Shown here in pieces: positions 23,908 through 33,752 of a stretch of DNA of 34,258 nucleotides (the stretch's first letter is position 1; every line of letters starts with the position of its first letter). The stretch covers positions 1 through 34,258 of IMG/VR virus record IMGVR_UViG_3300038556_000046; one strand, 5' to 3'. Both the position numbers and the translations under genes were made by a program. The stretch is from a virus (lineage: Duplodnaviria; Caudoviricetes). The notes beneath the pieces were generated by a model, which made no database searches, was not told the DNA's origin, and saw nothing but the letters and a program-made list of their open reading frames with translations.

Positions 23908-26552
23908 TGCTCGGGATCTTCGATCCGAACGACCCGACCGCGGCCGCGCAGGCGCTCTTGACGCAGGAACAGCTCGCCGCGCAGCAGAAGGTCGCGCAGT
24001 CGCTCCTCGAGCGCGCCAAGCGCTCGCGGCCCATGACGCATTGGTCGCAAGCGCTGGCGCAGGCCGTCGAAGGTGCCATGGGCGGCCTTGCGCAGCGCGA
24101 GGCTGGCGACGCGGCGGCTCGCGCGGCGGCCTATGACCGGACCTTCCTGTCCGGCGACCTGTCGGCGCCCGGCTCGACGCCCGCGATTGTCCCGACGCCA
24201 TCCAGCATGCCGTCGAGTGACCCGGCCAATCCGATTGTCCCTGTCCAGGCCGGACCCGGCGGCGAGGGCGATACCGGCGCGCCGGCTTCGCTGATTGCGA
24301 ACGAAAGCGGCGGCCGCTGGAATGCGCAGAACAGCGTCGTCGGCGCAGGCGGCAAGGTTGGTCACTTCGGCCGGCTGCAGTTCGGCCAGGCTCGGATCGA
24401 GGAAGCGGCCGCGGCCGGCGCGATCCCGGTCGGCACGACGCCGGCGCAGTTCATGGCCAATCCCGACCTGCAGCGCGCCGCCGAGCGCTGGCATTGGTCC
24501 GATATCGACAACCACATTCGCGCCAACGGCTTCGACAAGATGCTGGGCCAGACCATCGCCGGGGCGCCGGTCACGATGGACGGAATGCGCGCCGTCGCGC
24601 ACCTTGGCGGCAAGGGCGGCCTGTCGCGATTCATCAAGACGGGCGGCCGTTACGATCCGGACGACGCCAACGGCACGCACCTGTCCGACTATTTCCGGCG
24701 CCATGGCACAAGCCGGCAGCAGCAGCGCGCCGAGGCGCCCGCTCCGGTCGTCATGGCGCAAGGCCCGTCGGCGACCATGTCCGACGCCGATCCAATCCAG
24801 ATCGATCGCGCTCCGGCGACCGTCAGCATAGTCGACGGCGGCCGCGTCGAGGCCATCCCCGGCGACGATCCGCGCCAACTGCGCGCGCAGGCTGCGGCTG
24901 TCCAGGCGACCGATCCGAACCTCGCGCGCCAGTATCTTGCCCGCGCTCAAATGGCCGAAGGCGCTGCCGGCGCGCCGATGCCTGCCATCGCTCCGGACGC
25001 GGCCGTTGGCATGGGCGGCCGTCCGATGGTGGCGCCTGCAGCCGTCGCTGGCCAGCCCGCATCGCCGTTCCGCATGCCGGAAGGCGCCGGCTCTTCCTTC
25101 GCGCCAGCTGGCACGGCTCCGGCCGCGCAGGTCGCATCTACCGGGCCAATCCTGCCGCCGCCCGTCGCGCGGGCCGACGTGCCGTTGCCGGCGCCGCGGC
25201 CGGCCGCCGCCTCGACGCCTGTCGAGCGCGTGGCGCAGGCCATGGGCGCCCCTGGCGTCGGTCCCGGCCTTTCAGCCGAAGACGGCGGCGCGCTGGCGTT
25301 CGCTCCCCAGATGCAGCCGGGCTCCAGCGCGCCGAGCGCGGCACCCGCAGCCATGGCCGCAGCGCCGGCGGCCGCCGCGCCTATGAACCCGATCCAGGCC
25401 GTCGCCGCTGCCCTGACGGGCCGCCAGCCGGCCGCAGCGACTCCGCAGGGCTCGCCGGGGCAGGCGGCCGTCGCGCAGGCGCTCGGCGTCAACCCGCGCG
25501 TGCTGGCGGCCGCTACCAGCCCCTACGCGAGCCCGGCCACGAAACAGGTTGCTGGCCTGATCCTGCGCCAGCAGATGGAAGCTTCGCAGAAGAACGCCGA
25601 ATACAACCGGCCGGACGCCGTCCAGCAGCGCCAGCTCACGATCGAGGGCCAGCAGCTGACGAACGACAAGACGCGCCGCGACCTGTCCCGCGTCGAGGTC
25701 GAGACGATGACCGCGCCCGACGGGACCGTCTTCGAACGGGAGAAAGGCAAGCCCGGCGCGCAATGGCAGCAGTCGCTGAAGCTGCCGCAGAAGCCGAAGG
25801 AGCCGAATGTCGAGATCATCCGCGACGCGGCGACGGGCGAGATCATCGCCGTCGACAAGAACGACGTCGGCGCTGGCGTGAAGAAGCTGCGCGAGGGCGG
25901 GCCGTCCAAGGAACCGCCTCCAACGCGCATGATCAAGCAACCCGACGGTTCCGAGGTTGCGGTTGAGTGGGATCGCGAAAAGCAGACGTGGGTCCCGATG
26001 CGGGCTCCGGAGGGTGGCGCTGCAATCAAGGCTCCGGCCAAGCTCACGGAACAGCAGTCCAAAGATCTCGTCTATTACAACCGCGGCCTGCAGGCTCTGG
26101 AGACGCTTGGCGACGGTTCGTCGCTCACCGGCAATGAAGGCTTGGTCGGCGCGACCATCGGACAGGTCCCGATTCTCGGCAACTATGCCAAAAGCGAAGG
26201 CTATCAGAAGGCTGAACAGGCCGGGCGCAACTATCTCAACAGCATCCTGCGCAAGGACACCGGCGCGGCCATCACGAAGCCGGAAATGGAAATCTACGGC
26301 GGCGTCTTCCTGCCGCAGCCTGGCGACGGTCCCGCCGTGCTCGCGCAGAAGGCCGAGGCGCGCAAGCAGGCGCTCGACGCGGTCCGTGACGGCCTTGGTC
26401 CGGCAGAAGTGCTGGCGCTCGGCCAGCGCCTGACGCGCCGCGAGGATGCGCGCGTTCCGGCGCCTGACAAGCCGGGACAGGTGCCAGGCTCGACGTCCAC
26501 GCCGACGGCCAAGCGTCCGGCCGACAAAGACCCGCTGGGGCTGTTCCAATGA
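23907..26552 (+). CDS. Large ejection/internal virion protein with lysozyme-like domain
   Basis: LIANESGG...GRLQF...AHLGG.GG...DANGT.LSDY at about 24290-24710; Ala/Pro-rich linkers; ends DPLGLFQ. Confidence 0.75.
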   Translation: MLGIFDPNDPTAAAQALLTQEQLAAQQKVAQSLLERAKRSRPMTHWSQALAQAVEGAMGGLAQREAGDAAARAAAYDRTFLSGDLSAPGSTPAIVPTPSSMPSSDPANPIVPVQAGPGGEGDTGAPASLIANESGGRWNAQNSVVGAGGKVGHFGRLQFGQARIEEAAAAGAIPVGTTPAQFMANPDLQRAAERWHWSDIDNHIRANGFDKMLGQTIAGAPVTMDGMRAVAHLGGKGGLSRFIKTGGRYDPDDANGTHLSDYFRRHGTSRQQQRAEAPAPVVMAQGPSATMSDADPIQIDRAPATVSIVDGGRVEAIPGDDPRQLRAQAAAVQATDPNLARQYLARAQMAEGAAGAPMPAIAPDAAVGMGGRPMVAPAAVAGQPASPFRMPEGAGSSFAPAGTAPAAQVASTGPILPPPVARADVPLPAPRPAAASTPVERVAQAMGAPGVGPGLSAEDGGALAFAPQMQPGSSAPSAAPAAMAAAPAAAAPMNPIQAVAAALTGRQPAAATPQGSPGQAAVAQALGVNPRVLAAATSPYASPATKQVAGLILRQQMEASQKNAEYNRPDAVQQRQLTIEGQQLTNDKTRRDLSRVEVETMTAPDGTVFEREKGKPGAQWQQSLKLPQKPKEPNVEIIRDAATGEIIAVDKNDVGAGVKKLREGGPSKEPPPTRMIKQPDGSEVAVEWDREKQTWVPMRAPEGGAAIKAPAKLTEQQSKDLVYYNRGLQALETLGDGSSLTGNEGLVGATIGQVPILGNYAKSEGYQKAEQAGRNYLNSILRKDTGAAITKPEMEIYGGVFLPQPGDGPAVLAQKAEARKQALDAVRDGLGPAEVLALGQRLTRREDARVPAPDKPGQVPGSTSTPTAKRPADKDPLGLFQ

Positions 26553-28825
26553 GCGCGAACCTATCGAGCATCCGCGAGCGCTTTCCGCAATACAAGGACG
26601 TCGACGACGCGACCTTGGCTGATGCGCTCTATCGCAAGCACTACAGCGACGTCCCGCGCGACGAATTCAATCGCCGGATCGGGCTGGCGCCAGTTGTCGA
26701 GCCGGACAAGGCAGCAATCGAGGCCGTCATCAGTCCATTGTCGGCCGGCCCAGGCGGCGAGACGGTCCGCGCGAACGCCGCCGGCAACACGCGATCGCAA
26801 ATGCCGCTGCCGGACATTCAGCGCGCCTATCGAGTGGCGCAGGAGCGCGGCGATCGGCCGGAACAGCGCGCGATGGCCGAGGCCTACGTCGAGCGAGAGC
26901 GACGCGACAGTCCCGTGATCATGGGCGTTGGCGACCGGGTACGAACGGTGGCGCGCGGCGTGCCGTTCGTGGGCGAATACCTCGACGAAGCTTCGGCGCT
27001 CACCAGCGGCATGTTCGATCCGAAGATGCGCGAGGAAGTCCGCGACTATCAGCGCGCGCGGGATCGGAGCTTCGATGCGGCGAACCCCAATCAGGCCATG
27101 GTCGCCAAGGCGATCGGCGGGATTGGCGGCACGATCGCTGCGATACCCTACGCGAGCGCCGTGAAGGGCGGGCAGATGGCGCTTGGCGTTGGCGCGAAGA
27201 GCGTGCCAGGGGCCATCGGCCGCGGCTTGGTGGCGGGGGCGCTGCAGGGCGGCGCCGGCGGCTACGGCAGGGCCGACGAAACGCAGGATGCCGGCAAGAT
27301 GGCCGCGACCGACGCTGCGATCGGCGCGGCCTTCGGCGGCGTCGTCCCGGCAGCGCTCGCCACCGGCAAGGCAGCGTGGGACAAGCTCGCCGCGATGGTC
27401 ACGCCCAACGACGTGCTCGACAGCGTCCCGAAAGCAGCTCGCAAGTTCTTCGTCGACCAGTTCGGCAAGCGCGCCGACGTGGCGGCGCTGCGCGGCAAGC
27501 TGGACGAGCTCGGGCCGAACGCCGTGCTTGCGGACGTGTCGCCGGAAATGCTTGGCATCGCGCAGGGCGCATCCTCGCGGCCCAGCTCGCGACAGGCTGT
27601 CGTTGATGCGCTGACGGCTCGCGACGCCGGCAAGAGCACGCGATTGGCGCAGGCGACCAATGAAACGCTCGGCCCGGTCGTCGAGCCGTCGAGGATCAAT
27701 CGGGCAATCGCCGAAAACATGGACGAAGTCGGAAACCAGTATGGCGACGTCATCCGGCGCAACGCGCAGGCGGTCGATACGAAGCGGATCGCGGACGAGC
27801 TTGATACCCTCGCCGTCGACCTGCGCGGCCCGGCGCAGAAAGTCGTCAGGGAAATCCGATCGGATCTCAACATTCCTGGAACGAAGGAACTCGACCCGTC
27901 GCCGGGCGCGCTCTGGCAAACGCGGCAGTCGATCGATGGCAAGATGCGGACCGAAACGGACCCGAAAGCGCTTGGTCAGCTGCAGGCGGCGCGCGACAGG
28001 ATCGACGCCGAGCTGGCCAGCTCCGTCCCCGGCATAAAGCAGGTGGACGGCCGCTTCGAAGAGCTGGCCAGGCAGCGCGACGGCTTGAAGGAAGGCGCGA
28101 CGATCTTCCGCAGTGGTCCGGAAGCGGTTCGGCCGGCCGACTTCGCCGAGCGCATCGCGGCGGCGCCGCAGCCGAAGGGGCTGACCATCGGGCCGTCAGC
28201 GGAGCCGCTGCGTCTCAGTCAGGGCGCACGCGCCGAGATCGATCGCATCGTCGGATCGAACAGCAACGACGTCGCGGCCATGCGCCAGCTGCTGAAGGGC
28301 GAAGGTGACTGGAACCGCGACAAGCTGCGGATGACGTTTGGCGCCGACAAGGCCGACCGGCTGTTGCGCGTGCTCGACGCCGAAGGCGTCATGGAAAGCA
28401 CCTTCCGTCAGGTCGTCGGCGGATCGCAGACCGGCGTCAAGGAGGGCTTTCGCACTTTCATTGACGATGCCAGCAAGGGCGTGAACGTGCCGGCCGAAGC
28501 TTCCGGCGTCGGCTTGCTGCTGCGCGGAGGCAAGAAAGTACTCGAGCGCGTGACGGGGTCGAACAATGAGGCCAAGGCCGAGCAGTTCGCGGATGAGCTG
28601 GCGCGCCTCTCGGTAGCTGGCGGCTCCGAGGCGCAGGCGATCATCGCGGCGGTCCTGAAGCGCCAGTCGCGCGCTGCAAACGATCTATCGTTCAACGATT
28701 TCGCTGGCCGGCTTGGCGCGGGCGCCGGCCGGGCCGACGACCCGATGGGGATGAAATCGGCCGTCGTGCTCTCGCTTATGGCTCGCGATCGCGCGCGTCA
28801 GGAAGCAGAAGCGCGGCGCCGATAA
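26549..28825 (+). CDS. Ejection/DNA-transfer protein
   Basis: RERFPQYKDVDDATLADALYRKHYSD N-terminus and Gly/Ala-rich hydrophobic segments; third gene of the ejection trio. Confidence 0.72.
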   Translation: MSANLSSIRERFPQYKDVDDATLADALYRKHYSDVPRDEFNRRIGLAPVVEPDKAAIEAVISPLSAGPGGETVRANAAGNTRSQMPLPDIQRAYRVAQERGDRPEQRAMAEAYVERERRDSPVIMGVGDRVRTVARGVPFVGEYLDEASALTSGMFDPKMREEVRDYQRARDRSFDAANPNQAMVAKAIGGIGGTIAAIPYASAVKGGQMALGVGAKSVPGAIGRGLVAGALQGGAGGYGRADETQDAGKMAATDAAIGAAFGGVVPAALATGKAAWDKLAAMVTPNDVLDSVPKAARKFFVDQFGKRADVAALRGKLDELGPNAVLADVSPEMLGIAQGASSRPSSRQAVVDALTARDAGKSTRLAQATNETLGPVVEPSRINRAIAENMDEVGNQYGDVIRRNAQAVDTKRIADELDTLAVDLRGPAQKVVREIRSDLNIPGTKELDPSPGALWQTRQSIDGKMRTETDPKALGQLQAARDRIDAELASSVPGIKQVDGRFEELARQRDGLKEGATIFRSGPEAVRPADFAERIAAAPQPKGLTIGPSAEPLRLSQGARAEIDRIVGSNSNDVAAMRQLLKGEGDWNRDKLRMTFGADKADRLLRVLDAEGVMESTFRQVVGGSQTGVKEGFRTFIDDASKGVNVPAEASGVGLLLRGGKKVLERVTGSNNEAKAEQFADELARLSVAGGSEAQAIIAAVLKRQSRAANDLSFNDFAGRLGAGAGRADDPMGMKSAVVLSLMARDRARQEAEARRR

Positions 28826-28964
28826 TCATCACGGTCATCCCGATAAAGATGCCCCAAGCCCAAGTGCTACCGGTTTCGAAAGCCGCGCGGCCGGCGCCGA
28901 TGATGAAGCCGCCGACCAGCAGCGCAAAGACGGTCGCGAAGATATAGCCCAAGCGGTTCATCAT
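28776..28964 (-). CDS. 62-aa two-TM membrane protein, candidate superinfection exclusion factor
   Basis: MMNRLGYIFATVFALLVGGFIIGAG...WAWGIFIGMTVMIIGAALLL; GGGAG upstream; antisense to the late operon. Confidence 0.65.
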   Translation of the reverse strand: MMNRLGYIFATVFALLVGGFIIGAGRAAFETGSTWAWGIFIGMTVMIIGAALLLPDARDREP

Positions 28965-29066
28965 AGCCGCTACGTCTCCCTGACATCGCCGAGCGTCCCA
29001 CAACCGCGCGGCGTCGCGCATGTCCGCACCGTAACCTGAAATCCCTGCATCTAATAGGAGGGCCCA

Positions 29067-30362
29067 TTGCCATTTGATCCGCTGACGGGGGTATTTTCTC
29101 CGCTGCATGATTGGTCCGAGGATCGCGACAACGGCCTGGACATCCTCGCCGATCGCCACACCGCGAACGATGCGGACATCGCAGCGGCGATCACGATGGC
29201 GCTGCGGAAAGACGGCGGGAACGTCCCGACGCAGAACCTACCGATGGGCGGCAAACGCCACACTGGCGCCGGCGCAGCCGTCAGTCCGGCCGACTATGTG
29301 ATCAAGCAGCAGCTCGACGACGCGCTGTTTCCGGGCGTGTCGAACGTCGGCGATTACCTGACGACCGAACGTGATCCCGGCTCGAATTGGCTGCGGCGGA
29401 ACGGCGGGATCTATGCGAAGGCGTCCTATCCCGCGCTGGCCGCTCTGCTTGGCACGAAATACGCCAAGATTGCCGGTTTCACGCTGCTTTCATTCGGCGT
29501 CTCGACGGATATTTACGGCATAGCCTATGGCGCCGGCCTGTTCGTCGCCGTCGGCGGCGGCGGCATGATCCGCACCAGCGCGAACGGGACCAGTTGGGCG
29601 CCGCAGGTCAGCGGCACGACGAACGAATTTAAGGCCGTTGCCTTCGCCAATGGGATCTTCGTCGCCGTCGCGACCGGCGGCAAGATCGCGACGTCGCCGG
29701 ATGGCATCACCTGGACGCAGCGCACGTCGGGAACAGCTGTTGCGCTGAATGGCATCGCCTTCGGAAACAGCAAATGGGTGGCCTGCGGCGACGGCGGCCT
29801 GATCCTCGTTTCGACCGACAATGGCGTGAACTGGTCGCCGCGGCCGACGCCGATCGGCTTCACGGACAAGATGACCGCTGCAGCCTATGGCAACAGCCGC
29901 TTTGTCCTGGTCGGCGGCGCAACGGCCGGCGTCGCCTTCACGTCGCTCGACGGCGACACCTGGACGGCGTCGCTGACCGGATCGCCGACGACGCACACCA
30001 GCCTAGCATTCGGCAAGGGCAACTTCCTCGCGCCAAGCAGCGCTGGAATTTACATGTCGGCGGCCGGCTCCGGCGGCTGGCGCGCGACGGCGGCCAAGGG
30101 GTCGACGTTCGGCGCCAGCTTCGGCCTGAACAACTTCCTGGCCGTCGGCACGAATTACACGGCGTCGTCGCTGAGCGGCGAGGCCTGGGATGATCATTCG
30201 GCCATTGCCGGGATCTTCACCAGCGTCGGCGTCGGACCAAGCTTCGCGCTGGCCGGCGGGACGTCCGGATCGCTGGCACGGTCCAATTACGCGCTCGACA
30301 CCGTCACGCAATTCCAGGTTCCGGCCGACGCTGCCGAACTTGGCTGGATCAAGGCGCTCTGA
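29067..30362 (+). CDS. Tail fibre/receptor-binding protein 1 (anchor, collar, beta-propeller)
   Basis: Collar-like WLRRNG...SYPALAALLG; repeated blades AYGAGLFVAVG..G.I.TS.DG.TW; AGGAGG SD, TTG start. Confidence 0.8.
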   Translation: MPFDPLTGVFSPLHDWSEDRDNGLDILADRHTANDADIAAAITMALRKDGGNVPTQNLPMGGKRHTGAGAAVSPADYVIKQQLDDALFPGVSNVGDYLTTERDPGSNWLRRNGGIYAKASYPALAALLGTKYAKIAGFTLLSFGVSTDIYGIAYGAGLFVAVGGGGMIRTSANGTSWAPQVSGTTNEFKAVAFANGIFVAVATGGKIATSPDGITWTQRTSGTAVALNGIAFGNSKWVACGDGGLILVSTDNGVNWSPRPTPIGFTDKMTAAAYGNSRFVLVGGATAGVAFTSLDGDTWTASLTGSPTTHTSLAFGKGNFLAPSSAGIYMSAAGSGGWRATAAKGSTFGASFGLNNFLAVGTNYTASSLSGEAWDDHSAIAGIFTSVGVGPSFALAGGTSGSLARSNYALDTVTQFQVPADAAELGWIKAL

Positions 30363-30364
30363 AC

Positions 30365-30718
30365 ATGGCTGGACCCGGATACAAGGATCTTCCCGTCTAT
30401 CACGGCGACACGCTGACCTTTTCGGTTGTGATCGCCGAGGTCGTCGACATGACCGGTCACACGCCGCTGTTTCAGGTCAGGAACGCGGCCGGTGCGCTGA
30501 TCGCCGACTGGTCGGAATTCGTGACTATCGCGACACCGCAGCGGCTCGATATCGTCGTCCCTGGCCAGCCGGACGCGGACGGAACGACCAAGCTGCCGCG
30601 GCCTCGAGGAACGCAGACGCTCGACTATGACCTGCAGCTGACGGCGCCGATTACCGGAACCGTCCGGACGATCCTGCGCGGCAAGGTGATCGTGACGGGA
30701 GACGTTTCGCATGGCTGA
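30365..30718 (+). CDS. Putative fibre adaptor (Ig-like)
   Basis: YHGDT...YDLQLT...[15 protein letters not shown]; precedes the collagen fibre gene. Confidence 0.65.
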   Translation: MAGPGYKDLPVYHGDTLTFSVVIAEVVDMTGHTPLFQVRNAAGALIADWSEFVTIATPQRLDIVVPGQPDADGTTKLPRPRGTQTLDYDLQLTAPITGTVRTILRGKVIVTGDVSHG

Positions 30719-31928
30719 TCTTCCCGAAACCCTGACGATCTCGGTCCAGTTTCCGCCGACTGCAATCTCGGCCGGCTCGACGGTCCAAGCCGTTTCAACG
30801 ATCGGTCTCGGCGTGCCTGGATCGCCTGGCCCGCAAGGCGCGCAGGGACCGCAGGGGATCCAAGGCCCGATTGGTCCGCAGGGCGATCAAGGCCCGCAGG
30901 GCATTCAAGGCCCGCAGGGGATCCAGGGACCGCAGGGCTTGCCTGGCGCCGGCTCCGGCGACGTCGCCGGACCGGCGGCGTCCGTGGATGGCCGCGTCCC
31001 TGTTTTCAGCGGAACGACGGGCAAGCTGATCGCCGACGGCGGCGTCTTGCTGGCCAGCCTGGTCGCGACGACCGGATCGAACTTCGGCAACCTTGGCCTG
31101 CGCGTCCGCGACACCGACAATTCGCATTCGCTGGTCATTGCGCCAGGATCGAACCTGACGGCCGACCGGACGCTGACGGTCACGACCGGCGATGCGAACC
31201 GCACCTTTTCCATGGGCGGCAATGTCACGCTGGCCAACGGCTTCGCGACGTCGGGCGCCTTCGTCATCACCCTGACGGCGACCGCGACCACCAACGTCAC
31301 TTTGCCGGCGAGCGGGACGCTGGCCATTCTCGGCGCGAACACGTTCACCGGCAAGCAGACGAAGCCGGCGAGCGCGGCCGGCGCCGCCGGCCTCAACCTG
31401 CCTCACGGCGTCGCGCCGACGGCTCCGGCGAATGGTGACGTGTGGACGACGACGGCGGGGCTGTTCGCGCAGATCAACGGCGTGACGTTCACCTTCGCCA
31501 CGCTCGGCGCCAACAGCTTCACGGGCAAGCAAACCGCGCCGGCCAGCACGACAGCCGGTGCCAGCTTGAATGTGCCGCATGGCGCGGCGCCGACGACGCC
31601 AGCCAATGGCGACGTCTGGACGACAACGGCCGGCATCTTCGTTCGTGTCAACGGCGCAACAGTCGGACCGCTCGCGGCTGGTGCGCCGGACCTGTCCACC
31701 TATGCGCAGTTCACGACAAGCACTAGCGCAACAGAAACCAACTTCCCGATCGGTTCGGTGATCATGGTGAAGAATGTGAGCGTTGGCATCAATGACAGCG
31801 CAACAGTCTCGACAGGCTTTTCACCTGAATTCGAAGCCGGCTCCTCTAATCCTCTAAGCGGGACTTGGCGGGCGCGCGGCAAGATTTCAACAACGCCGAA
31901 CTATACGCTCATGCAGAGGGTTGCCTAA
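30711..31928 (+). CDS. Tail fibre 2 with collagen-like segment and internal 58-aa duplication
   Basis: 15 Gly-X-Y triplets; [12 protein letters not shown]; duplicated LGAN.FTGKQT...[10 protein letters not shown]; C-terminal LSGTWRARG. Confidence 0.8.
   Translation: MADLPETLTISVQFPPTAISAGSTVQAVSTIGLGVPGSPGPQGAQGPQGIQGPIGPQGDQGPQGIQGPQGIQGPQGLPGAGSGDVAGPAASVDGRVPVFSGTTGKLIADGGVLLASLVATTGSNFGNLGLRVRDTDNSHSLVIAPGSNLTADRTLTVTTGDANRTFSMGGNVTLANGFATSGAFVITLTATATTNVTLPASGTLAILGANTFTGKQTKPASAAGAAGLNLPHGVAPTAPANGDVWTTTAGLFAQINGVTFTFATLGANSFTGKQTAPASTTAGASLNVPHGAAPTTPANGDVWTTTAGIFVRVNGATVGPLAAGAPDLSTYAQFTTSTSATETNFPIGSVIMVKNVSVGINDSATVSTGFSPEFEAGSSNPLSGTWRARGKISTTPNYTLMQRVA
30810..30944 (+). repeat. 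Collagen (Gly-X-Y)15 coding repeat
   Basis: [45 protein letters not shown]. Confidence 0.95.
31329..31676 (+). repeat. 174-nt (58-aa) diverged tandem duplication
   Basis: Units start at 31329 and 31503; many differences fall at synonymous positions. Confidence 0.9.
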
Positions 31929-32425
31929 TGCTTACAATCGCAGAAGCGCGGTCGCCTCAATACGTCAACGACACGCAGGACGCCATCATGCTCCAAGTTC
32001 GGTTCGAAGGCGAAGACGACTGGCATTGCTACGTCTGCCGCTCGGATGATCCCCATGGCGACAGCGAAGCGCTGTTTCTCGCCAGCATCGAAGGCGTCTT
32101 CGGCCCGGTCGCCGCGCCGGTCCCGGCGCCGAAAGCCATCCCGCAGGAAATCGAGAAAACGCAGTTCATTCGCGCTTGCGTCCAGCTTAGAATCATCACG
32201 GCCGACGAAGGCGAGGCCTATCTTGCCCGCGGCGAGCTGCCGGCCATGATGTCGGGCGCGCTCGACAAGCTGCCGGAAGAGGTTCGCGCCGACGCCAGAT
32301 TGAAGGCGATCGGCTCGACGTCGTTTTCCCGCGGCGACGATATTTTCAAGGCGCTGGTCGCCTTCAACGTCACGACCGACGAAGCGATCGACGCGGTTTT
32401 CACGCTCGGCGCAGTCCTGAACTGA
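31928..32425 (+). CDS. Tail fibre assembly chaperone-like protein
   Basis: ARSPQY...I...V.F...DDPHG..LF...G.FGPVA; TAATG-coupled to the fibre gene. Confidence 0.7.
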   Translation: MLTIAEARSPQYVNDTQDAIMLQVRFEGEDDWHCYVCRSDDPHGDSEALFLASIEGVFGPVAAPVPAPKAIPQEIEKTQFIRACVQLRIITADEGEAYLARGELPAMMSGALDKLPEEVRADARLKAIGSTSFSRGDDIFKALVAFNVTTDEAIDAVFTLGAVLN

Positions 32426-32498
32426 CCGCATCCCATCCGCAGAACAGCACTCGCCGCGCCAGCGGCCGGCGATGCACGTCACCAGGAAAGGCCTCGCC

Positions 32499-33350
32499 AT
32501 GGCTTCGACGAACTATGACCGCTCGCTCGCTCGCGTCCTTGTCTTCGAAGGCGGCAAGGTCGACGACCCGCAAGATCCCGGCGGCCGGACCAATCAGGGC
32601 GTGACCGAGCGCGTCTATCACGGCTGGCGCGCGCGGCGCGGCCTGCCTAAGCGCGACGTCTATCTGATGGAAGCCGCCGAGCGTGATGCAATCTATCGCG
32701 AAGGCTATTGGACGCAGGTCCGCGGCGACGATCTGCCGGCGGGCGTCGACCTGGTCGTCTTCGACGGCGCCGTCAACAGCGGTCCCGGCCAGTCGATCAA
32801 ATGGCTGCAGCGCGCGCTCGGCGTGACGAAGATCGATGGCGTGATCGGTCCCGTCACGCTGACGGCCGTCGCCGCGCATCCCGACCATGACAAGCTGGTC
32901 GCGGCCATCATCGAACGCCGCTTCGCCTTCCTGCGCACGCTGAAAACGTGGAAGCGCTATGGCAGGGGCTGGACCAGCCGCTTGAACCAGGTCCGGACGA
33001 TGGGGCAGGCCATGGCGACCGGCAGCGTCGTCCCGCAGGCGAAGAGCGTCGAGGGCGGCAACGCCAAGGCGCCGATCGAAAAGGCGAAGCCGCTGCCGAA
33101 CATCGCGCCGGCCGATGCGGCGACCGGCGCCGGCATGGCGACCGGCGGCGCTGGCGCGGCGCTGCAGCAGGCCAAGGAGGCGCTGCTGCCGCTCGCCGGC
33201 AACGGCGGATGGATCGACACGACGATCGCCGTCCTGACCGTCGGCGGCGTCGCGATGGTCATTGGCGGGATGGGCTGGCGCTGGTACGCGAGCCGCAAGG
33301 CGCACGACCAGGCCGACGCGCTCGACCTGCCGGCGGGAGTGACCGCATGA
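32499..33350 (+). CDS. Endolysin, glycoside hydrolase family 108 with PG-binding domain and C-terminal TM
   Basis: FEGGKVDDPQDPGGRTNQGVT, FDGAVNSG, LQRALGV..DGVIGPVTL, YGRGW..R; hydrophobic tail. Confidence 0.92.
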   Translation: MASTNYDRSLARVLVFEGGKVDDPQDPGGRTNQGVTERVYHGWRARRGLPKRDVYLMEAAERDAIYREGYWTQVRGDDLPAGVDLVVFDGAVNSGPGQSIKWLQRALGVTKIDGVIGPVTLTAVAAHPDHDKLVAAIIERRFAFLRTLKTWKRYGRGWTSRLNQVRTMGQAMATGSVVPQAKSVEGGNAKAPIEKAKPLPNIAPADAATGAGMATGGAGAALQQAKEALLPLAGNGGWIDTTIAVLTVGGVAMVIGGMGWRWYASRKAHDQADALDLPAGVTA

Positions 33351-33580
33351 TCGGGCTCGCCAGAAGCCTATGGGGCTTTGTCGCGACGCCGCTCGGCGGC
33401 GTCCTGATCGCCGGGGCGCTGGCCGCCTCGATCTATGGCAAGGGCTGGACCGACGGTCGCGCCGCATTGAAGGCCAGCATCGTCGAGGTCCAAGGCAAGG
33501 CGCAGGCCGGCGCCAAGCAGGAAGCCGACCGCGTGATCGGCGGCGACCGAAGCCGCGTGAAAGGATTCGACCGTGATTAG
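33347..33580 (+). CDS. Inner-membrane spanin (Rz-like)
   Basis: N-terminal TM followed by a short helical domain; ATGA-coupled to the endolysin. Confidence 0.7.
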   Translation: MIGLARSLWGFVATPLGGVLIAGALAASIYGKGWTDGRAALKASIVEVQGKAQAGAKQEADRVIGGDRSRVKGFDRD

Positions 33581-33752
33581 GATTTTCGCCGTCACGACAT
33601 GCCTGGCGCTCGGCGCCTGCGCGAGCAAGGTCGACGAATGTTCGATCTTTTCGGCGATCCGCGGCAGCTCGCGCGACACGGCCGAAACCCGGCAACAGGT
33701 CGACGTTCACAACGCCAAGGGCGTCGGCGCCTGCAAATGGCGGCCGTCATGA
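33573..33752 (+). CDS. Outer-membrane lipoprotein spanin (Rz1-like; not in ORF track)
   Basis: GTG start; MIRIFAVTTCLALGA-CASKVDECSIF...HNAKGVGACKWRPS*; lipobox LGAC; AAGGA upstream. Confidence 0.8.
   Translation: MIRIFAVTTCLALGACASKVDECSIFSAIRGSSRDTAETRQQVDVHNAKGVGACKWRPS

Noticed and set aside
14209-27942. Long antisense and alternate-frame ORFs (e.g. 14209-15795, 15195-16361, 22096-24201, 26561-27919)
   Set aside because: Shadow ORFs expected from high-GC codon bias opposite real genes; no motifs or SD, and Arg/Gly-rich nonsense composition.
31329-31676. Possible DGR template/variable repeat pair in the tail fibre
   Set aside because: Both copies are in-frame coding, differences are not adenine-specific, and no reverse transcriptase is in the window.
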